Shown piece after piece: positions 1 to 9,841 of a stretch of 64,000 nucleotides of DNA. The translations under genes were made by a program, and so were the position numbers. Under the pieces are notes generated by a model, which did not search any database, was not told the origin of the DNA, and saw nothing but the letters and a program-made list of their open reading frames with translations. Source of the stretch: an uncultured Gemmatimonadales bacterium (GTDB lineage Bacteria > Gemmatimonadota > Gemmatimonadetes > Longimicrobiales > RSA9); assembly GCA_963783305.1 (NCBI GenBank), contig CAWAMW010000016.1, forward strand, positions 608,001 through 672,000, read 5' to 3'. Every line of letters begins with the position of its first letter. The stretch's first letter is position 1.

Positions 1-42
1 ATACCGCCCGCGGACGGCGGCCACACCCCGTCACGGCAGCCC

Positions 43-933
43 ATGAAGCTGCTGGTCATGGGCGCCTCGGGACAGCTGGGCACCGACCTCGCTGCAGCCG
101 CCAGGGTTCGCGGGGTGGAGGTCACCGGCTTCACACGGTCGGACCTGGACGTCACCCGGGACCATGATATCGCCGCCCACCTCGCCGGGCGTGACTACGA
201 TGTCCTCGTGAACTGCACCGCGTACAGCGACACGGCTCGAGCGGAGTCCGAGCCAGGGAAGGCATTCGATGTGAACGCTGATGCTCCCGGGGCCATGGCC
301 ACCGCCGCACGGAAGGCCGGCGCCCGGTTCGTGCACATCAGTACCGACTACGTTTTCGATGGCCTCACCCGCCGACCGTACGTCGAAGAGGATCCGCCGG
401 CCCCGCTGGGAGTGTACGGCGCATCCAAGCTCGTGGGGGAGGCGCTCGCGCGACGGGCGTATCCCGAGGGAACGGTGGTCGTCCGTACCGCCGCGCTGTT
501 CGGGGTCGCCGCGGTCGTCCGTGAGGGTGGGAACTTCGTCGAGACCATTCTCCGGGTGGCCCGCTCGGCTGCTTCGGGCGGCGGCTCCCTGCGCGGTGTC
601 GACGACATCACGGTCTCGCCCACGTCCACGGCCGACCTGGCGACAGGCCTGCTCGATCTGATCGAAAGCGGTGCCCCCGCGGGGTTGTATCACCTCGTCA
701 ACGAGGGCCAGGCGACCTGGTACGAGTTCGCGCGGGCGATCGTGGAGCGCGCCGGAATCGATGTGACGGTGGAGCCCGTCCGCGCCGAAGACTTCCCTTC
801 GGTGTTCCGGCGGCCCAGCTTCAGCGTGCTCGATTCTGGCAAGGCTGCCGCTCTCGTCGGGCCCCTCCCGCACTGGGAGGAAGGGCTGGCGCATTACCTC
901 GAGACCCGCGGCCCGAAGAACTCGATGCCGTGA
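43..933 (+). CDS. rfbD: dTDP-4-dehydrorhamnose reductase
   Basis: GASGQLG Rossmann motif, ISTDYVFDG, YGASK (YxxxK), RPSFSVLD; first gene of the rml cluster. Confidence 0.95.
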   Translation: MKLLVMGASGQLGTDLAAAARVRGVEVTGFTRSDLDVTRDHDIAAHLAGRDYDVLVNCTAYSDTARAESEPGKAFDVNADAPGAMATAARKAGARFVHISTDYVFDGLTRRPYVEEDPPAPLGVYGASKLVGEALARRAYPEGTVVVRTAALFGVAAVVREGGNFVETILRVARSAASGGGSLRGVDDITVSPTSTADLATGLLDLIESGAPAGLYHLVNEGQATWYEFARAIVERAGIDVTVEPVRAEDFPSVFRRPSFSVLDSGKAAALVGPLPHWEEGLAHYLETRGPKNSMP

Positions 934-963
934 TCGCGACACGCACACCGACCCCCTGAACGA

Positions 964-2046
964 ATGAGCATGGACGACAGGACACTTCTGGTGACTGGCG
1001 GCGCCGGCTTCATCGGCTCCGAGGTGGTCCGTACCCTCATCGGCGAGACGACGGCTCACGTGGTGAACGTCGATCGGTTGACCTACGCCGCGAACCTCGA
1101 CTCGCTCCGGGGCGTCGCCGCCGAGCCGCGCTACACGCTGGAGCGGGTCGATATCGCCGATCGACAGGCCGTGCGGGACGTCTTCGCCCGCCATCGCCCG
1201 GACGGCGTGCTGCACCTGGCGGCGGAATCCCACGTGGACCGCTCGATCGAGGGGCCAGACGATTTCATCCGGACCAACCTCATGGGCACCTTCGTCATGG
1301 TCGAGGAGGCTCGGCGCCACTGGGCCTCTCTGGACCCGGGGCGCGCCAGTGCGTTCCGATTCCTCCACGTGTCCACCGATGAGGTCTTCGGGTCCCTCGG
1401 AGAGAGCGGCGTGTTCCGACCCCGGACACCCTACGACCCCAGTTCCCCGTACTCCGCCACCAAGGCCGGCGCGGACCACCTGGTGCGCGCGTGGCACCGG
1501 ACCTACGGATTCCCCACGCTCCTCACCAACTGCTCGAACAACTACGGTCCGTACCAGTTCCCGGAAAAGCTCGTCCCGCTCATGATCATCAAGGCGCTCC
1601 GCAGGGAGCCGCTGCCGGTGTACGGCCAGGGCGAGAACGTGCGGGACTGGCTCCACGTGCGGGACCACGCCCGCGCGCTGCTGCGCGTGCTGGAGGCCGG
1701 CCGGGTGGGGGAGACGTACCTGGTGGGCGGGCACGGCGAGCGCCGCAACCTGGACGTGGTCCGAACGCTGTGCGACCTCGTCGATGAGGTCGCACCCGAC
1801 CCGGGTGAGTCCCCGCGTCGTGAGCTCATCGAGTTCGTCGAGGACCGCCCCGGTCACGACCTGCGCTACGCCGTGGACCCGTCGAAGATCGAGGACGAGC
1901 TGGGGTGGCGTCCGGAGCGCTCGCTGGAAGAAGGTCTCCGCGAGACCGTGAAGTGGTATATCGACAACGATTGGTGGTGGGAGCGAGTGCTGTCCGGGGA
2001 GTACCGCGGAGAGCGCCTGGGCCTGGCCGCCCGGGGCACGCAATGA
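964..2046 (+). CDS. rfbB: dTDP-glucose 4,6-dehydratase
   Basis: [47 protein letters not shown]. Confidence 0.97.
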   Translation: MSMDDRTLLVTGGAGFIGSEVVRTLIGETTAHVVNVDRLTYAANLDSLRGVAAEPRYTLERVDIADRQAVRDVFARHRPDGVLHLAAESHVDRSIEGPDDFIRTNLMGTFVMVEEARRHWASLDPGRASAFRFLHVSTDEVFGSLGESGVFRPRTPYDPSSPYSATKAGADHLVRAWHRTYGFPTLLTNCSNNYGPYQFPEKLVPLMIIKALRREPLPVYGQGENVRDWLHVRDHARALLRVLEAGRVGETYLVGGHGERRNLDVVRTLCDLVDEVAPDPGESPRRELIEFVEDRPGHDLRYAVDPSKIEDELGWRPERSLEEGLRETVKWYIDNDWWWERVLSGEYRGERLGLAARGTQ

Positions 2047-2957
2047 TGAGAAACTCCACGCCGGACGCGGCGCCGGCCGTGCCGAAGGGGATCATCCTGG
2101 CCGGGGGCAGCGGGACGCGGCTGTATCCGATCACTCGTGTCGTGAGCAAGCAGCTCCTGCCGGTCTACGACAAGCCGATGATCTACTATCCCCTGACCAC
2201 GCTCATGCTGGCCGGGATCCGGGAGATCCTGGTGATCTCCACCCCCGAAGACCTGCCCCGCTTCCGCTCGCTGCTGTCAGACGGGGGCCAGTGGGGGCTC
2301 CGGATCGAATACGCCGAGCAGCCGCGCCCCGAAGGCCTCGCCCAGGCGTTCACCATCGGTCGCGCCTTCGTCGAGGATGATCCCGTCGCCCTCGTCCTCG
2401 GCGACAATATTTTCTACGGCCACGGGCTCACCGAGACCCTACGACGCGCCGCCGCCGAACCCGGGGGCGCCACGATCTTCGGCTATCACGTCCGGGACCC
2501 CGAGCGCTATGGCGTTGCCGAGGTGGACGACACCGGCACGGTGCTCAGCATCGAGGAGAAGCCGGCACGGCCGCGCTCCCATTTTGCGGTGACCGGCCTC
2601 TACTTCTACGACAACGAGGTCCTGGAGATCGCGGGCGCCCTCGAGCCGTCGGCGCGCGGCGAATACGAGATCACCGATGTCAACCGGGAGTACCTGCGGC
2701 GCGGTCAGCTGCGGATGGAGATCCTCGGAAGGGGCAGCGCCTGGCTGGACACGGGCACCCACGAGTCGCTCCAGGAGGCGTCGAGCTTCATCGAGACCAT
2801 CCAGAAGCGGCAGGGCCTCAAGGTGGCGTGCCCCGAGGAGATCGCCTGGCGCCTCGGCTGGATCGACAGCGCTGCGCTCCGGCTCCAGGCCGAGCCCATG
2901 AGCAAGAACGACTACGGCGCGTACCTGCTGGCGCTGGCCGATGGGGAGGCGATGTGA
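2043..2957 (+). CDS. rfbA: glucose-1-phosphate thymidylyltransferase
   Basis: [39 protein letters not shown] 2043 overlaps the rfbB stop (ATGA); the ORF-track start at 1905 is too far upstream. Confidence 0.97.
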   Translation: MMRNSTPDAAPAVPKGIILAGGSGTRLYPITRVVSKQLLPVYDKPMIYYPLTTLMLAGIREILVISTPEDLPRFRSLLSDGGQWGLRIEYAEQPRPEGLAQAFTIGRAFVEDDPVALVLGDNIFYGHGLTETLRRAAAEPGGATIFGYHVRDPERYGVAEVDDTGTVLSIEEKPARPRSHFAVTGLYFYDNEVLEIAGALEPSARGEYEITDVNREYLRRGQLRMEILGRGSAWLDTGTHESLQEASSFIETIQKRQGLKVACPEEIAWRLGWIDSAALRLQAEPMSKNDYGAYLLALADGEAM

Positions 2958-3493
2958 ATATAACCGAGGCCCCAATCCCCGGCGTCCTCGTTTTCGAGCC
3001 CCGGCTCTTCCACGATCACCGTGGCGTTTTTGTAGAGACGTGGAACCAGGCACGCTACGAGTTGCCGGAGTTCGTACAGGACAACCTGTCGCGGTCGAGC
3101 AAGGGGGTGCTGCGGGGACTCCATTACCAGCACCCGAACGCGCAGGGTAAACTCGTGACGGTGGTGCGTGGAAAGGTCTGGGACGTGGTGGTGGACCTGC
3201 GGCGCGGGAGTGGCGCCTTCGGCCTCTGGTGGGGGCTGGATCTCTCGGCGGACGATTTCCGACAGCTCTGGGTCCCCGAGGGCTGCGCTCACGGGTTCGT
3301 GGCGCTCACCGACCATGCGACGGTCAGCTACAAGTGCAGCGCCCCCTACTCCCCCGAAGACGAGCACACGCTGCGGTGGGACGACCCCCAGGTGGGAATC
3401 GAATGGCCCGTGACCGATCCGGAGCTCTCGGAGAAAGACCGGGCGGGGCTCACGCTGAGCCAGCTCGGCGACGCGCTCCCGCGGTACCCCTAA
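2954..3493 (+). CDS. rfbC: dTDP-4-dehydrorhamnose 3,5-epimerase
   Basis: [42 protein letters not shown] 2954 overlaps the rfbA stop. Confidence 0.95.
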   Translation: MNITEAPIPGVLVFEPRLFHDHRGVFVETWNQARYELPEFVQDNLSRSSKGVLRGLHYQHPNAQGKLVTVVRGKVWDVVVDLRRGSGAFGLWWGLDLSADDFRQLWVPEGCAHGFVALTDHATVSYKCSAPYSPEDEHTLRWDDPQVGIEWPVTDPELSEKDRAGLTLSQLGDALPRYP

Positions 3494-3506
3494 GGGCCAC
3501 GGGTTT

Positions 3507-3713
3507 CTACTCCCGCAGCATTTCTCCCACGCGGGCCATGCCGCGGCCCCGCTCCACGAGCACGGCGGCGAGCTTGTCCAGCACGGCCCGAGGCGCGCTC
3601 TCTGGTTTCTGGCGGTAGGAGCGCACATCGGCCACGGGGATCCCCAGCGCCATCGCCAGCTCTTCCTCGGTGCTGACGAACAGATCCGTGGCGTTCCTGA
3701 AATCGAGCGGCAT
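3507..3713 (-). CDS. small hypothetical protein, possible helix-turn-helix
   Basis: 68 aa; AGGAGG RBS upstream; EEELAMALGIPVADVRSY resembles an HTH; 9 bp downstream of the CoA-binding gene. Confidence 0.7.
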   Translation of the reverse strand: MPLDFRNATDLFVSTEEELAMALGIPVADVRSYRQKPESAPRAVLDKLAAVLVERGRGMARVGEMLRE

Positions 3714-3722
3714 GTCCCCTCC

Positions 3723-4172
3723 TCAGAGGCCGAACCGACGGTGGTCGGCCATGGTGCAGCGGTTCTGGACGACCTGGATGCCCGCCCGGGCCAGTTCGGC
3801 GGCCGCTTCGTCGTTGCGGATCCCGAGCTGGAACCACACCACCTTCGGAGCCTTGGCGATGATGTCGGCGACATGGCGCGGGATGTCCCGCGGCCGCCGG
3901 AACACGTCCACCATGTCGATATCGCCGGGGATCTCCGCCACCGTGCGATGGACGGGCTGCCCGAGTATGGTCGTCACATCCGGATAATACGTGGGGACCG
4001 GCACGACGTCATACCCCACCTCCTGGAGGTATTGCGGGACATAATGGGCGGGCTGTCCCGCCCGCGACTCGGGCTTGATGCCCAGGACCGCGATCCGCTT
4101 CGTCTCCACGAGAATCCGCCGGACGGAATCGCTGTCGGCAATGAGATTGTCCTGCCACGATAATTCGGTCAT
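3723..4172 (-). CDS. CoA-binding protein (YccU/CoA_binding_2 family)
   Basis: IAVLGIK, YLQEVGYDVVPV, IDMVDVFRRP, VWFQLGIRN, VVQNRC. Confidence 0.9.
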   Translation of the reverse strand: MTELSWQDNLIADSDSVRRILVETKRIAVLGIKPESRAGQPAHYVPQYLQEVGYDVVPVPTYYPDVTTILGQPVHRTVAEIPGDIDMVDVFRRPRDIPRHVADIIAKAPKVVWFQLGIRNDEAAAELARAGIQVVQNRCTMADHRRFGL

Positions 4173-4252
4173 TACTGCCTCAGGTTGTGGGAAAGCCGCT
4201 CCAGTCCGGCGCGAGCCCCGGTCCCCATTAGGGCCTCCGCCGCCGGAAGCCC

Positions 4253-4281
4253 TTGAACCCGTCCGGTCGTTCCGTTACGTT
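4253..4281 (+). promoter_or_regulatory. sigma-70-type promoter of ffs
   Basis: TTGAAC(4253-4258)-17 bp-TACGTT(4276-4281); the predicted TSS coincides with the first base of the SRP terminal helix at 4288. Confidence 0.7.
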
Positions 4282-4287
4282 CTGTGC

Positions 4288-4384
4288 GCCCCAGGCCCCG
4301 TAGGGCGCGAGCGCGCGAATCCCGTCAGGACCGTGAAGGTAGCAGCGGTAAGTGACGCGGACGCCGCTGCGGATCGCCTGGGGT
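4288..4384 (+). ncRNA. ffs: signal recognition particle RNA (small bacterial 4.5S type)
   Basis: Domain IV motif GTCAGG-ACC-GTGAA-GGT-AGCAGC at 4324-4346; terminal helix GCCCCAGGC/GCCTGGGGT followed by a T-run; canonical location upstream of dnaX. Confidence 0.92.
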
Positions 4385-4466
4385 TTTTTCTTGGGCGCAC
4401 GATCCTGTTCCAACGGGGTCGCAAAGGTCGCGCCCCCGGATCGAAGACTCGACACCCCACATCGCT

Positions 4467-6317
4467 ATGACTCGGAACGCGCTGGCCCGCACATACCGCC
4501 CGCGGCGGTTCAGCGAGTTGAGCACGCAGGAGCACGTCTCCGAGACGCTGCGCTCCGCCGTGGCCCACGACCGCGTCGCCCATGCCTACCTGTTCAACGG
4601 CCCCCGTGGTGTCGGAAAGACGAGCGCGGCGCGGGTGCTGGCCATGGCGCTCAACTGCCCGAACCGCGTCCTCGAGGGCGAGGTCGGAGACCTCCCGCCG
4701 GGAGAGCCGTGCGGCACGTGTGAATCGTGCGAGCGGATCTGGGGCGGCAAGACGTCGCTCGACGTCGTTGAGATCGATGCGGCCTCCAATCGCGGCGTCG
4801 ATGATGCCCGGGACCTCCGGGAGCGGGCCATGTACGCCCCAACCGAGGAAGGGCGCTTCAAGGTCTATATCATAGACGAGGCGCACATGCTCACCCGGGA
4901 GGCGTGGAACGCGCTCCTCAAGATCCTCGAGGAGCCGCCGCCCCGGGTCATCTTCATTTTCGCCACCACGGAAGCACAGAAGATCCAGCAGGCCGCCCCG
5001 CCGATCCTGTCTCGTACACAGCGGTTCGATTTCCGCCGGTTCGGTGTATCGGCCATTGTGGAGCGGCTGGGGCAGGTGCTCGAGTCCGAGGGAGTGGAGA
5101 CCGACGAGCAGGCGCTCCTCCTCCTCGCCCGCCGGGCGGAGGGCGGCATGCGCGACGCTCTCTCCCTCCTCGACCAGGCCCTCTCCTTCGCCACCGGCCG
5201 CCTCACCACCGAGGACGTACAGCGCATCCTGGGGCTCGTGGCCGATGAAGTGTACCTCGATCTGTTTGCCATCATCGCCGAGGGGCGCGTCGCCGATGTC
5301 TTCCGGTTCGTGCAGGAGATCGTCGAAGGCGGGTACGACCTGAGCGAATTCTACCGCGGCCTGGCCGATGCTTTCCGGACCCTGCTCGTGGTCCGCTTCG
5401 ACGGCGCCGACTCCGCTGACGTTCGCGACGACCTGCGTACGCTGTGGGAGGAGCGCGCCAACGCCTTCTCCACCGGCGACTTGCTCCGCATGCTCGGCCA
5501 GGTTGCCGAGCTCGACGCCGATGGTCGGTTCAGGAAGAGCAGCCACCCGCGCATCCTGCTGGAGGCCCTCCTGCTCCGCTTCGCGCACCTGCCCCGCACG
5601 GTGGAGATCGAGGACCTCATCCGAGCGGCCGGCGGGGCCGACCCCGTTGAGCGATCCGACCCGCCACCGCTGACGCCGGTCGAGCGGCCGCGCGCTCCCG
5701 CCAGCACACCGGCGGCCACGCCGGCGCCAGGCCAGCGCGCCGGGGTTCGGCCGCCCGCGGATGGGGAGATGGCGCCGCCCCGGAAACAGGAGGGGCGCCC
5801 CGTACCAGAGCGTCGATCGGAGGGGCCAGCAGAGTCCCCATCGGAGCCGCGGTCGGCCGCGGATCCAGCCGTGGCCGACCGCCCGGAGGCGGTCGGCGAG
5901 CCGGCTCAGCCCCGCGCCGAGGCCGGGCCTGCTAAACCCGGCTACACTACCGCGGCCCAGGCCGTGCGTTCCATCGCTGCCGGCGGGAACGCCGGGCTGC
6001 CTTCCGGGCTCGGCCTCTTCCTTCGGACCGCGGCGGTGTCGGAGGAGGGCGACCGCGTGGTGGTGGAGATGCCGGCCGGTCCGGGGATCGAGCTGATGGA
6101 AGAAAGCCCCACCGCGGCGCGAACGCTCCAGGACGCGCTGTCCGACGCGCTGGGCCGCCCCATCGAGCTGGAGGTTCGGACGAGCGAGGGCGGGGGGGCG
6201 CAGGCTGTGCGACTGACGCCGGAGCGAGTCCGACAGGACCAGGTGCAGAAGCTCTCGAGCGAGGAACCGGGTCTGGACCGGGCGGTACAAGAATGGGACC
6301 TTGAGATGCTGGACTGA
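4467..6317 (+). CDS. dnaX: DNA polymerase III subunit gamma/tau
   Basis: LARTYRP, GPRGVGKT, Zn cysteines, EIDAASNRG, IIDEAHML, NALLKILEEPP; Pro/Ala-rich linker. Confidence 0.97.
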   Translation: MTRNALARTYRPRRFSELSTQEHVSETLRSAVAHDRVAHAYLFNGPRGVGKTSAARVLAMALNCPNRVLEGEVGDLPPGEPCGTCESCERIWGGKTSLDVVEIDAASNRGVDDARDLRERAMYAPTEEGRFKVYIIDEAHMLTREAWNALLKILEEPPPRVIFIFATTEAQKIQQAAPPILSRTQRFDFRRFGVSAIVERLGQVLESEGVETDEQALLLLARRAEGGMRDALSLLDQALSFATGRLTTEDVQRILGLVADEVYLDLFAIIAEGRVADVFRFVQEIVEGGYDLSEFYRGLADAFRTLLVVRFDGADSADVRDDLRTLWEERANAFSTGDLLRMLGQVAELDADGRFRKSSHPRILLEALLLRFAHLPRTVEIEDLIRAAGGADPVERSDPPPLTPVERPRAPASTPAATPAPGQRAGVRPPADGEMAPPRKQEGRPVPERRSEGPAESPSEPRSAADPAVADRPEAVGEPAQPRAEAGPAKPGYTTAAQAVRSIAAGGNAGLPSGLGLFLRTAAVSEEGDRVVVEMPAGPGIELMEESPTAARTLQDALSDALGRPIELEVRTSEGGGAQAVRLTPERVRQDQVQKLSSEEPGLDRAVQEWDLEMLD

Positions 6318-6341
6318 TCGATCCAATTTCGTGGCGAGGCA

Positions 6342-6665
6342 ATGACCAACTTTCAGCAGATATTGCAGATGGGCCAGCAGATGCAGGCCCGCATGTCCGA
6401 GCTCCAGACGGAGCTGAAGAACCAGACGGTGACGACGTCCAGTGGGGGAGGGATGGTGACGGTAACGGCGGACGGCCGGGGTCGCGTGCGCGAGGTGAAG
6501 ATCGATCCAACCGTCGTCGACCCGAGGGATGTGGAAATGCTCGAGGACCTGGTCGTGGCTGCGGTCTCCGAGGCGCAGCAGCGTGCCCAGAAGCTGTATG
6601 AGGACGAGATGAAGAAGGTCACCGGCGGGATGAACCTGCCGTTCCAGCTGCCCAACCTCTTCTAA
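6342..6665 (+). CDS. ybaB: YbaB/EbfC nucleoid-associated protein
   Basis: SGGGMVTV, IDP..VDPRDVEMLEDLVVAA; between dnaX and recR. Confidence 0.95.
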   Translation: MTNFQQILQMGQQMQARMSELQTELKNQTVTTSSGGGMVTVTADGRGRVREVKIDPTVVDPRDVEMLEDLVVAAVSEAQQRAQKLYEDEMKKVTGGMNLPFQLPNLF

Positions 6666-6671
6666 GGGCGG

Positions 6672-7268
6672 ATGGGAGCCATCGATGAGCTGACGACCGA
6701 GCTCTCCCGGCTCCCCGGGATCGGTCGAAAGACGGCGCTCCGCCTTACGTTCTTCCTCCTGAAGCGCACGCCGGAGGAGAGCCGTCGCCTGGCCCGCGCC
6801 ATCGAATCGGTGGCGGAGCGCGTGCGCGAATGCTCCCGATGCGGTAACCTGACGGAGTCGGATCCGTGCGAGATGTGTGAAGATGGCCGACGGGACCCGT
6901 CGATCATCTGTGTCGTGGAGGAGGCCTCCGACATCGGCGCCATTGAGCGGACGGGCGAGTTCAGGGGGCGCTACCATGTGCTGGGCGGGCGGCTTTCACC
7001 GCTCGATGGGGTGGGTCCCGAGGAGCTGAACATCGACACGCTCCTCCGGCGCCTCGGTGGGGAGGGTGATGGACGGGTGGAAGAGCTGATCATAGCGACG
7101 AACCCCAGCGTGGAAGGGGAGGCGACGGCGCTCTACCTTCAGAAGCTCGTCCGGCCGCAAGGCGTGAGAGTGACGCGCCTTGCCCGCGGGCTGCCGGTGG
7201 GGGGAGACCTGGAATATGCCGACGGCGTGACCATCGCCGAGGCGCTGTCTGGACGACGGGAGCTATAA
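6672..7268 (+). CDS. recR: recombination mediator RecR
   Basis: LPGIGRKTA, C4 zinc finger, YHVLGGRLSPLDG, TOPRIM NPSVEGEATA. Confidence 0.97.
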   Translation: MGAIDELTTELSRLPGIGRKTALRLTFFLLKRTPEESRRLARAIESVAERVRECSRCGNLTESDPCEMCEDGRRDPSIICVVEEASDIGAIERTGEFRGRYHVLGGRLSPLDGVGPEELNIDTLLRRLGGEGDGRVEELIIATNPSVEGEATALYLQKLVRPQGVRVTRLARGLPVGGDLEYADGVTIAEALSGRREL

Positions 7269-7272
7269 CGGG

Positions 7273-7594
7273 ATGAGGTTGAAGCCGATCCTTCGCGTGA
7301 CGGGAATGGCGCTGCTCGTGGCCGCCGCGGCCTCGATGCTGGGCGTCCTCTTCGTGCGCGACCAGAATGTCGCGCCATCGCCGCGACCTGTTCAACAGTC
7401 GGCCCCTCCGCCGACTGGCGGCTTTGGGCTACGTGGCGGGGGCCCCTCCCTCCATCGACACCGTCCGGCTCCTCCGCGATTACATCGCATGGGAGCGACA
7501 GCCGCTGATCCGACGTCAGGCCGTTCAGGTGCTGGCGAAGATCGAGCGCAGCCTCCGCCGCTCCCGTCCACCCGTGGGCGAGGCCGCCGGATGA
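7273..7594 (+). pseudogene. frameshifted membrane-anchored small protein (about 106 aa if one A at 7366/7367 is removed)
   Basis: TM segment ...VRDQ (7273-7365) joins MSRHRRDLF...(7367-7594) if CAG-A-ATG loses one A; the 3' part ends in an ATGA overlap with mglB. Confidence 0.65.
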
Positions 7595-8079
7595 CCTCGA
7601 ATCCTCTGGAAGCGCTGGGTCCGGACGAGATCCAGCGCATCAATCGGCTCCTGCACGATTTCGTCGCGGAAGCGGGGGCGCGCTGCGCACTGCTCATCGA
7701 CCGGGCCGGCCGCGCCGTGACGGCGTTCGGCGACACGGGCGAGCTCGACGAGATCAGCTTCGCCTCTCTCGCCGCCGCCGACTTCGACGCGAGCGATCAG
7801 CTTGCGGGGCTCCTCGGGGAAGAGGAGTTCAGCGCGCTCTACCATCAGGGCGTTCATGGCTCCATGTACCTGTCGGAGATCGGCGGCTTCGCCATCCTCG
7901 CCGCGGTCTTCGATCGCCGCACGACGCTCGGGATGGTGAAACTGAAGACGCGCCAGACCGTGCCCCGGCTCGAAACGCTCCTGACCGGAGTCGGATCGCG
8001 GCCTCCGCAGAAACCGCAGCTGGACACCCATTTCGCGGACGACGCTGCAAGCGAAATCGACCGGCTCTTCGCCGGATGA
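7591..8079 (+). CDS. mglB: roadblock/LC7 protein MglB (GAP of MglA)
   Basis: [45 protein letters not shown]; directly upstream of mglA. Confidence 0.9.
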   Translation: MTSNPLEALGPDEIQRINRLLHDFVAEAGARCALLIDRAGRAVTAFGDTGELDEISFASLAAADFDASDQLAGLLGEEEFSALYHQGVHGSMYLSEIGGFAILAAVFDRRTTLGMVKLKTRQTVPRLETLLTGVGSRPPQKPQLDTHFADDAASEIDRLFAG

Positions 8080-8092
8080 GGGAGATTCAGCT

Positions 8093-8671
8093 ATGTCGAT
8101 GATCAATTACGCAAGCCGCGAGATCAACTGTAAGATCGTCTATTACGGACCCGGCCTGTGCGGCAAGACGACCAACCTCGAATACGTGTACCAGAAGGTG
8201 AACCCGGAGACGCGGGGGAAGATGATCTCCCTCGCCACGGAGAATGAGCGGACGCTCTTCTTCGATTTTCTGCCGGTGGACCTGGGCTCGATCCGCGGAT
8301 TCAAGACGCGCTTCCACCTCTACACAGTTCCGGGGCAGGTGTATTACAACGCGAGCCGCCGACTCATCCTGAAGGGCGTGGACGGAATCGTCTTCGTGGC
8401 GGACAGCCAGGCGGAGCGGATGGACTCCAACCTGGCGTCCATGCAGAACCTCTACGAGAACCTGGCCGAGTACGGCTACGACCCGCGACAGCTCCCAATG
8501 GTGCTTCAGTACAATAAGCGGGACTTGCAGAGCCGGATCCCGGTAGACGAGCTGAGCGGGCAGCTGAATCCCGGGGGTCTGGAGGAGCACGAAGCGGTGG
8601 CCGTGGAGGGGGAGGGCGTGTTCGACACCCTCCGGGCGGTCAGCAAGCAGGTCATCAAGTCACTGAGCTGA
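8093..8671 (+). CDS. mglA: Ras-like small GTPase MglA
   Basis: [41 protein letters not shown]. Confidence 0.96.
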   Translation: MSMINYASREINCKIVYYGPGLCGKTTNLEYVYQKVNPETRGKMISLATENERTLFFDFLPVDLGSIRGFKTRFHLYTVPGQVYYNASRRLILKGVDGIVFVADSQAERMDSNLASMQNLYENLAEYGYDPRQLPMVLQYNKRDLQSRIPVDELSGQLNPGGLEEHEAVAVEGEGVFDTLRAVSKQVIKSLS

Positions 8672-8675
8672 CGCC

Positions 8676-9329
8676 ATGCCGCTGATCGAGCCCCGCACGA
8701 TTCCGAACGTCATCACAGTTGGGCGTGTCGCTCTCGCGCCGCTGGTCTTCGTGCTCGCCCTATCCGACGGCGTCGTGCCCCGGCTCCTCGCCTTCGTCCT
8801 CTTCTGTGTCGCCGCGTTCTCCGACCTCTGGGACGGTCACCTGGCGCGGAAGCACGGCTGGATCTCCGATTTCGGCAAGCTCATGGACCCGCTGGCCGAC
8901 AAGCTCCTGTTGGTGGCCACGTTCGTGCCCTTCTTCATCATTTCACACCGGCCCGGCCCCGAGAACGACCTGCCCTACTGGGGCGCGCTGCCGGTATGGG
9001 TCCTGGCGGTGATCCTCGGTCGAGAGCTGCTCGTCACCATCGTGCGGCAGGTCGCGGCCCGCCGCGGCCAGGTGCTGGCCGCGGGACCGTCGGGGAAATA
9101 CAAGGCTGTGTTCCAGAACCTCTTCTCGGGCGCGGCGCTCCTGTGGTACGCGCTCCAGAGCTGGGCGGATCGGGGTGAGTGGAGCGGATCCGTGTGGGAG
9201 CTGTGGCAGGGGATCCTCCATGGTCCCGTGATCGGCATCACGCTGCTGATCGCCCTGATCCTGACCGTGATCTCCATGGTCATCTACTTCTGGAGCTGGC
9301 TGAGGGGTCCGAGCGCGGGGCCAACATGA
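8676..9329 (+). CDS. pgsA: CDP-alcohol phosphatidyltransferase (PgsA-like)
   Basis: PNVITVGR, SDLWDGHLAR...SDFGKLMDPLADK; hydrophobic; precedes cinA. Confidence 0.88.
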   Translation: MPLIEPRTIPNVITVGRVALAPLVFVLALSDGVVPRLLAFVLFCVAAFSDLWDGHLARKHGWISDFGKLMDPLADKLLLVATFVPFFIISHRPGPENDLPYWGALPVWVLAVILGRELLVTIVRQVAARRGQVLAAGPSGKYKAVFQNLFSGAALLWYALQSWADRGEWSGSVWELWQGILHGPVIGITLLIALILTVISMVIYFWSWLRGPSAGPT

Positions 9330-9841
9330 CGACCACGGTGGGAGAAGCGATCGGGGCCGCGGCTCTTTTCGAGCGCGTGAGCGAGGCCCTGATCCGGCGC
9401 GGACGCCAGCTTGCCACGGCCGAGAGCTGCACCGGCGGCATGCTGGCCGCGGGCTTCACCGATCTGCCCGGCGCTTCCCGCTTCCTGCAGGCCGGGTTCG
9501 TGACCTATTCCGATCGGGCGAAGCGGGAGATGCTGGGCGTCCGCCCGGCTACGATCGCCTCCCATGGCGCGGTGTCCGAGCCCGTCGTGCGCGAGATGCT
9601 CTCCGGCGCGCTCCGCTCGGCCGACATGGCCGCAGCCATCACCGGTGTGGCTGGCCCCGACGGCGGAACGGCGGAAAAACCGGTGGGCACCGTCTGGGTG
9701 GCGGTCGGCACAAGCTCCGAGCACATCGCTCGCCGGTTCCTGTTCGAGGGGGGCCGTGCCGCGATCCGCGCCGCTTCCGTCTCCGCCGCGCTGGAGCTGC
9801 TCGGAGCGATGCTCGAGACGGAGCTCGAGGAGTGCGGATGA
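9326..9841 (+). CDS. cinA: CinA C-terminal domain / NMN deamidase (PncC-like)
   Basis: TAESCTGG, VTYS..K, HGAVS, ITGVAGPDGGT.EKPVGTV; ATGA overlap with pgsA; no MocF N-domain. Confidence 0.9.
   Translation: MTTTVGEAIGAAALFERVSEALIRRGRQLATAESCTGGMLAAGFTDLPGASRFLQAGFVTYSDRAKREMLGVRPATIASHGAVSEPVVREMLSGALRSADMAAAITGVAGPDGGTAEKPVGTVWVAVGTSSEHIARRFLFEGGRAAIRAASVSAALELLGAMLETELEECG

Noticed and set aside
43..3493. rmlD-B-A-C order as a sign of horizontal transfer
   Set aside because: rml gene order is known to vary, composition matches the rest of the window, and no mobility genes are adjacent.
4467..6317. Programmed frameshift or slippage site producing DnaX gamma
   Set aside because: No A-AAA-AAG or long A/T run was seen; the Pro/Ala-rich region is an ordinary linker.
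31..6977. Very long antisense ORFs (31-2043, 4275-6977; also 9505-11394, 41549-43099, 57710-59635, 60489-63173)
   Set aside because: They mirror well-supported genes on the other strand. Stop-codon scarcity in high-GC coding DNA explains them, and they have no recognisable motifs.
7273..8079. 268-aa ORF taken at face value as the native MglB
   Set aside because: Its middle is off-frame-like Pro/Arg/Gly sequence. A frameshifted upstream gene plus mglB starting at 7591 explains it better; the fusion is kept only as a finding.
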